This document shows positions 60,620-64,000 of a DNA stretch of 64,000 nucleotides, one piece after another. Made by a program: the position numbers and the translations under genes. The notes below the pieces were generated by a model, which saw nothing but the letters and a program-made list of their open reading frames with translations, ran no database searches and was not told where the DNA came from. This DNA is from an uncultured Pseudomonadota bacterium (GTDB lineage Bacteria; Oederibacteriota; Muellerivitia; Muellerivitales; Muellerivitaceae). Position 1 is the first letter of the stretch; each line of letters opens with the position of its first letter. Location: NCBI GenBank assembly GCA_963843375.1, contig CAWJKT010000011.1, forward strand, positions 256,001 to 320,000, written 5' to 3'.

Positions 60620-61715
60620 ATGCAATTTATCGTTCATTTCATCAACGCCCTTTTCAGCCCGGTTACTTATTTTTTTGGTTCCGTCATCGGCTTCGGGGCC
60701 ATGATTTATTTCCGGGAGAAATGGACTGAACCCAAGTTTGCCTTGAAGACTGCTGGTGGGGGTGATCGCGGCACTGTTGCTGGCCATGTTCAACGATCAT
60801 TTCCGCGATATTTCCACCAAGCCGGACAACGTCCCCATCTTCATCATGGTGTTCTCGGTTGGTTTCTTCACTTGGCTTTCCTTCCGGCAGGCAGTCGTCA
60901 ACGACCGGCGAATCGCTCAGGGCCAACCCCCCAAGGAAAAGGAAACTTCAGATAAAAAAGTTTATGTCTGGCCCGACTTGGTATTTATCGAGTTCATCGC
61001 CACGATCGTCGCGGGCGTGGCCCTGTTGGTATGGTCCTTGTGCCTGCACGCTCCCCTGGAGGAGGCGGCCACCCCGGCTTGGACGCCCAACCCCTCCAAA
61101 GCACCCTGGTACTTTTTGGGCTTGCAGGAAATGCTGGTTTACTACGATCCCTGGTTGGCGGGTGTGGTATTTCCGACCCTTATTATCGTGGGGCTCATGG
61201 CCATTCCCTATATCGACAAAAACCCCAAGGGCGCGGGTTATTACACCTTCAACGAGCGGAAGTTCGCGATTATCCCCTTCCTGTTCGGATTCCTTATTTT
61301 ATGGGTGACTTTGATTTTCTTGGGCACCTTCCTACGGGGCCCGGGCTGGAACTTTTTCGGCCCCTTCGAGGATTGGGATCCCCACAAGGTCTTGGTGTTG
61401 AACAACGTGAACCTGTCCGAGTATTTCTGGGTCAAGTGGCTGGGTTTCACGGGGATAGGTCTTCCCAAAATAATCCTGATTCGGGAAATGCCCGGCTTTT
61501 TGATCCTCGGCTTTTATTTTATCGTTCTGCCGCCGCTCTTGACCAAAAAGATCCCCTATCTGCAAATGTTGTTGGAGAAACTGGGTATTGTGCGTTACGG
61601 CGTCCTGATCAACCTCATCATTTTGATGGCGGCACTTCCCATCAAGATGCTCTTGCGTTGGGCTTTCAACCTGAAGTACATCGTCGGGATACCTGAATTT
61701 TTCTTCAATATTTAA
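60620..61715 (+). CDS. Cytochrome b C-terminal subunit (subunit IV-like, extended), frameshift near 60747
   Basis: GAGG RBS + ATG 60620; KPDNVPI, VWPDL, TPNPSKAPWYFLGLQE, IPYID, LRGPGW. Confidence 0.85.
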
Positions 61716-61730
61716 TGTAAGGAATACACC

Positions 61731-64000
61731 TTGGCGGATTTTAAAGACGAGAGAGCTTACGACAGCAAAACCCTGACCCAATGGTTCCTGGGGTCCAGCT
61801 TGGTCCTGCTGGTCTGCGTCATCCTAATGGCTTATTTCGATTACCACCGTCCCTGGAAAGACTACCAGCGCCGGTTCATGCGCTTCCAAAGGCACTATGA
61901 CATCCAGGAAAGAAATCAGGTGGCTTCGGAAGTCGACGTGGCCCAGTACAAGCAGTTGAAGAGCGATCTCAAGGAAGCCGACGAGGAACTGAAATCCCAC
62001 AAGGGCCAGATTGACAAACTTACTTCCCTAGAGGCCACGCTGGACGCGAAGATCTACAGCAAAAAGTCACAATACCAGATGTTGAAAGCCAACATCGACG
62101 CCGATAAATACGCTTATTCGGAAGGGCTTAAGAACGGCAACAACGAAGATAACTTCAAAAAACACCTGGATGATGAAATCGACCGGGCTGCCATACTCAC
62201 CCAAGAGCAATTCGACCTGCAACAAGAACGGGACCAAGCCGCCAAGAGCATTACGGATATGACTGCCCAAAGGGACGCGGTCCAGGCCAAGATCACGAAA
62301 ATGAGGGCGAGTTATGATGCCCTGGAGAAAAAAATCCGCAACCTTTCCTTCAATTTCTTCTTTTACTTCCGCAACGCCATGCTGTTGGATTTCATGTCTC
62401 CGACCATCCAGATCCAGCAAGTGGTCCTGAAGAACCTGCCGGAAGACCTTTATTTCGCCAAGACCATGCGGGTGGACCGCTGTATGACCTGCCACTTGGG
62501 GATCGACAAGAAGGATTTTGACGAGGACCATTACCCCGGAATCCCCAAAGTTTTCAAGTCCCACCCCACTTGGATCTTTACGTAGGCTCCACCAGCCCCC
62601 ATCCGATGGACAAAGTCGGCTGCACGATCTGCCACGGCGGCATGGGACCTTCCCTTACATTCAATACTTGCGCCCACGTGCCCAATGACGAGGAAGAAGC
62701 CAAGCTATGGAAGAAAAAATACGGCTGGAAAGAGCCGGAAGCCGTCCAAAGCACGATGCTGCCCCTGAAATTCACCGAAGGCTCCTGCTTGAAGTGCCAT
62801 GGCACCCAGGAACAGGTCAACTTCGCCCCCAAACTCAACCGGGGAAGGGAATTGATGGTAGTCCGGGGTTGCGTGGGCTGCCACAAGGTTAAGAATCTGG
62901 AAGGCCTAACCAAGGCCGGACCCATGCTTTATAAAGTCAAGGGCAAGCTCAAGAAGGATTTCGTCCTCAAATGGGTCTGGGATCCAAAGGCTTACAATCC
63001 CGCAGCCAAGATGCCCAGCTTCTTCCACCAAACCAACAATTCCGATCCCGACATCATGGCCAAGAACAAGGCCGAGTTGAACGCGGTGGTGGATTATATC
63101 TACGAAAAGTCCGAAGACTATACCCCCAACATGGTTCCGGGCCACGGAAGTGTTGCGGAGGGCAAGAAACTTTTCAAAGAAGTCGGCTGCCTGGCCTGTC
63201 ACGGCATCGACGACGTCACCAGCCACCACGCGGACTTCGCGCCGGACCTTTCTTCCGTGGGCAGCAAGCTTTCCGCGGCATTCGTTTATTCCTGGATTAA
63301 GAACCCGCAGCATTTCAACCCTGATACCCGCATGCCTTCCCTGCGCCTGTCTGATCAGGAGGCATCGAACATCACGGCCTACCTCATGTCCAAACGCAAC
63401 AAGGATTTCGAAGACGCAGCTCCGCCGAGTTTTGATCCCGCCGTCCGGGACTGGCTGATCGTGGATTACTTGACGCCCCAAGTCGGCCTTGAGGCTGCCA
63501 ACGCCCAATTGACGACGATGGACGAACATGCCAAGCAATTGTTCCTGGGCGAGAAGACCCTTAACAAGTACGCCTGTTTCGCCTGCCACATGATCAAGGG
63601 TTTCGAGACCACCCCCGGCATAGGGACTGAATTGACAACATGGGGCACCAAGCGTGTCAGCCAACTGGATTTCGGGTTTACCGACCCAGCGGAAATTCCC
63701 CACACCCACGAGGGTTTCCTGGCCGCCAAACTGAAGAATCCCCGCGTTTTTGACAAGGACAAGGTCCCGGTCCAGGCCTTTCAAGACCTGCTGAAGATGC
63801 CCAATTTCTACCTGAATGACGACGACCGGGAAGCCATCATGACGGCTGTCCTGGGTCTTACCCAAACCTATATTCCTGACGACATGATGGCCGGCATCGA
63901 GGGCAACGGTCCCATTCTCGAAAAGGGAAGGCGCGTCATCGCGGATTTCAACTGCCGCGGCTGTCACTTGATCGAGGACCAGGGCGGAAAAATCCGCGAA
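61731..64000 (+). CDS. Membrane-anchored multiheme cytochrome c, frameshift near 62566, 3' end outside window
   Basis: TM anchor, coiled coil, CMTCH; after the frameshift I read CTICH, CLKCH, CVGCH, CLACH, CFACH, CRGCH in a frame missing from the ORF track. Confidence 0.88.

Noticed and set aside
62906..63967. 353 aa minus-strand ORF
   Set aside because: Antisense to the multiheme cytochrome frame that carries the CxxCH motifs
1..64000. rRNA, tRNA, riboswitch, prophage or defence genes
   Set aside because: None recognisable by eye; a covariance-model scan would be needed to exclude small RNAs

Overview
Bacterial genomic window, probably from a diderm (outer-membrane beta-barrels, lipoproteins); the lineage cannot be fixed from sequence alone. 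1-14.7 kb holds housekeeping genes: System II cytochrome c maturation, M32 carboxypeptidase, aldo/keto reductase, sua5, ppc, purE, LysE, FecR and SDRs. 14.8-27.3 kb holds a Thr-stalked binding lipoprotein, a GH44, three tandem GT-C-like membrane paralogs and a pseudo-cyclase/STAND/TPR protein. 27.5-58.2 kb is a same-strand plant-polysaccharide island (GH5, GH8, PL4, GH53, GH28, GH51-like, GH30). Six of these enzymes share one plan: signal peptide, catalytic domain, ~320-450 aa Thr-x stalk, a conserved unnamed ~140 aa beta domain (five of six), and a variant T9SS-like C-terminal domain (YPNP..FTxAFRxV..GxPLAxGxYY..K[LM]L). Embedded in the island are an ECF sigma, an anti-sigma with a FlgD/CTD-like domain, a PorV-like barrel fused to TPR, LacI-type palindromes and a ~2 kb direct repeat shared by two enzymes. 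58.5-64 kb is a Rieske / split cytochrome b / multiheme c operon. About nine genes carry indels, mostly single-base and in short homopolymers, most likely long-read consensus errors. The best candidate for an undescribed system is the stalked, CTD-tagged CAZyme display with its ECF/anti-sigma/PorV module and candidate stalk glycosyltransferases.
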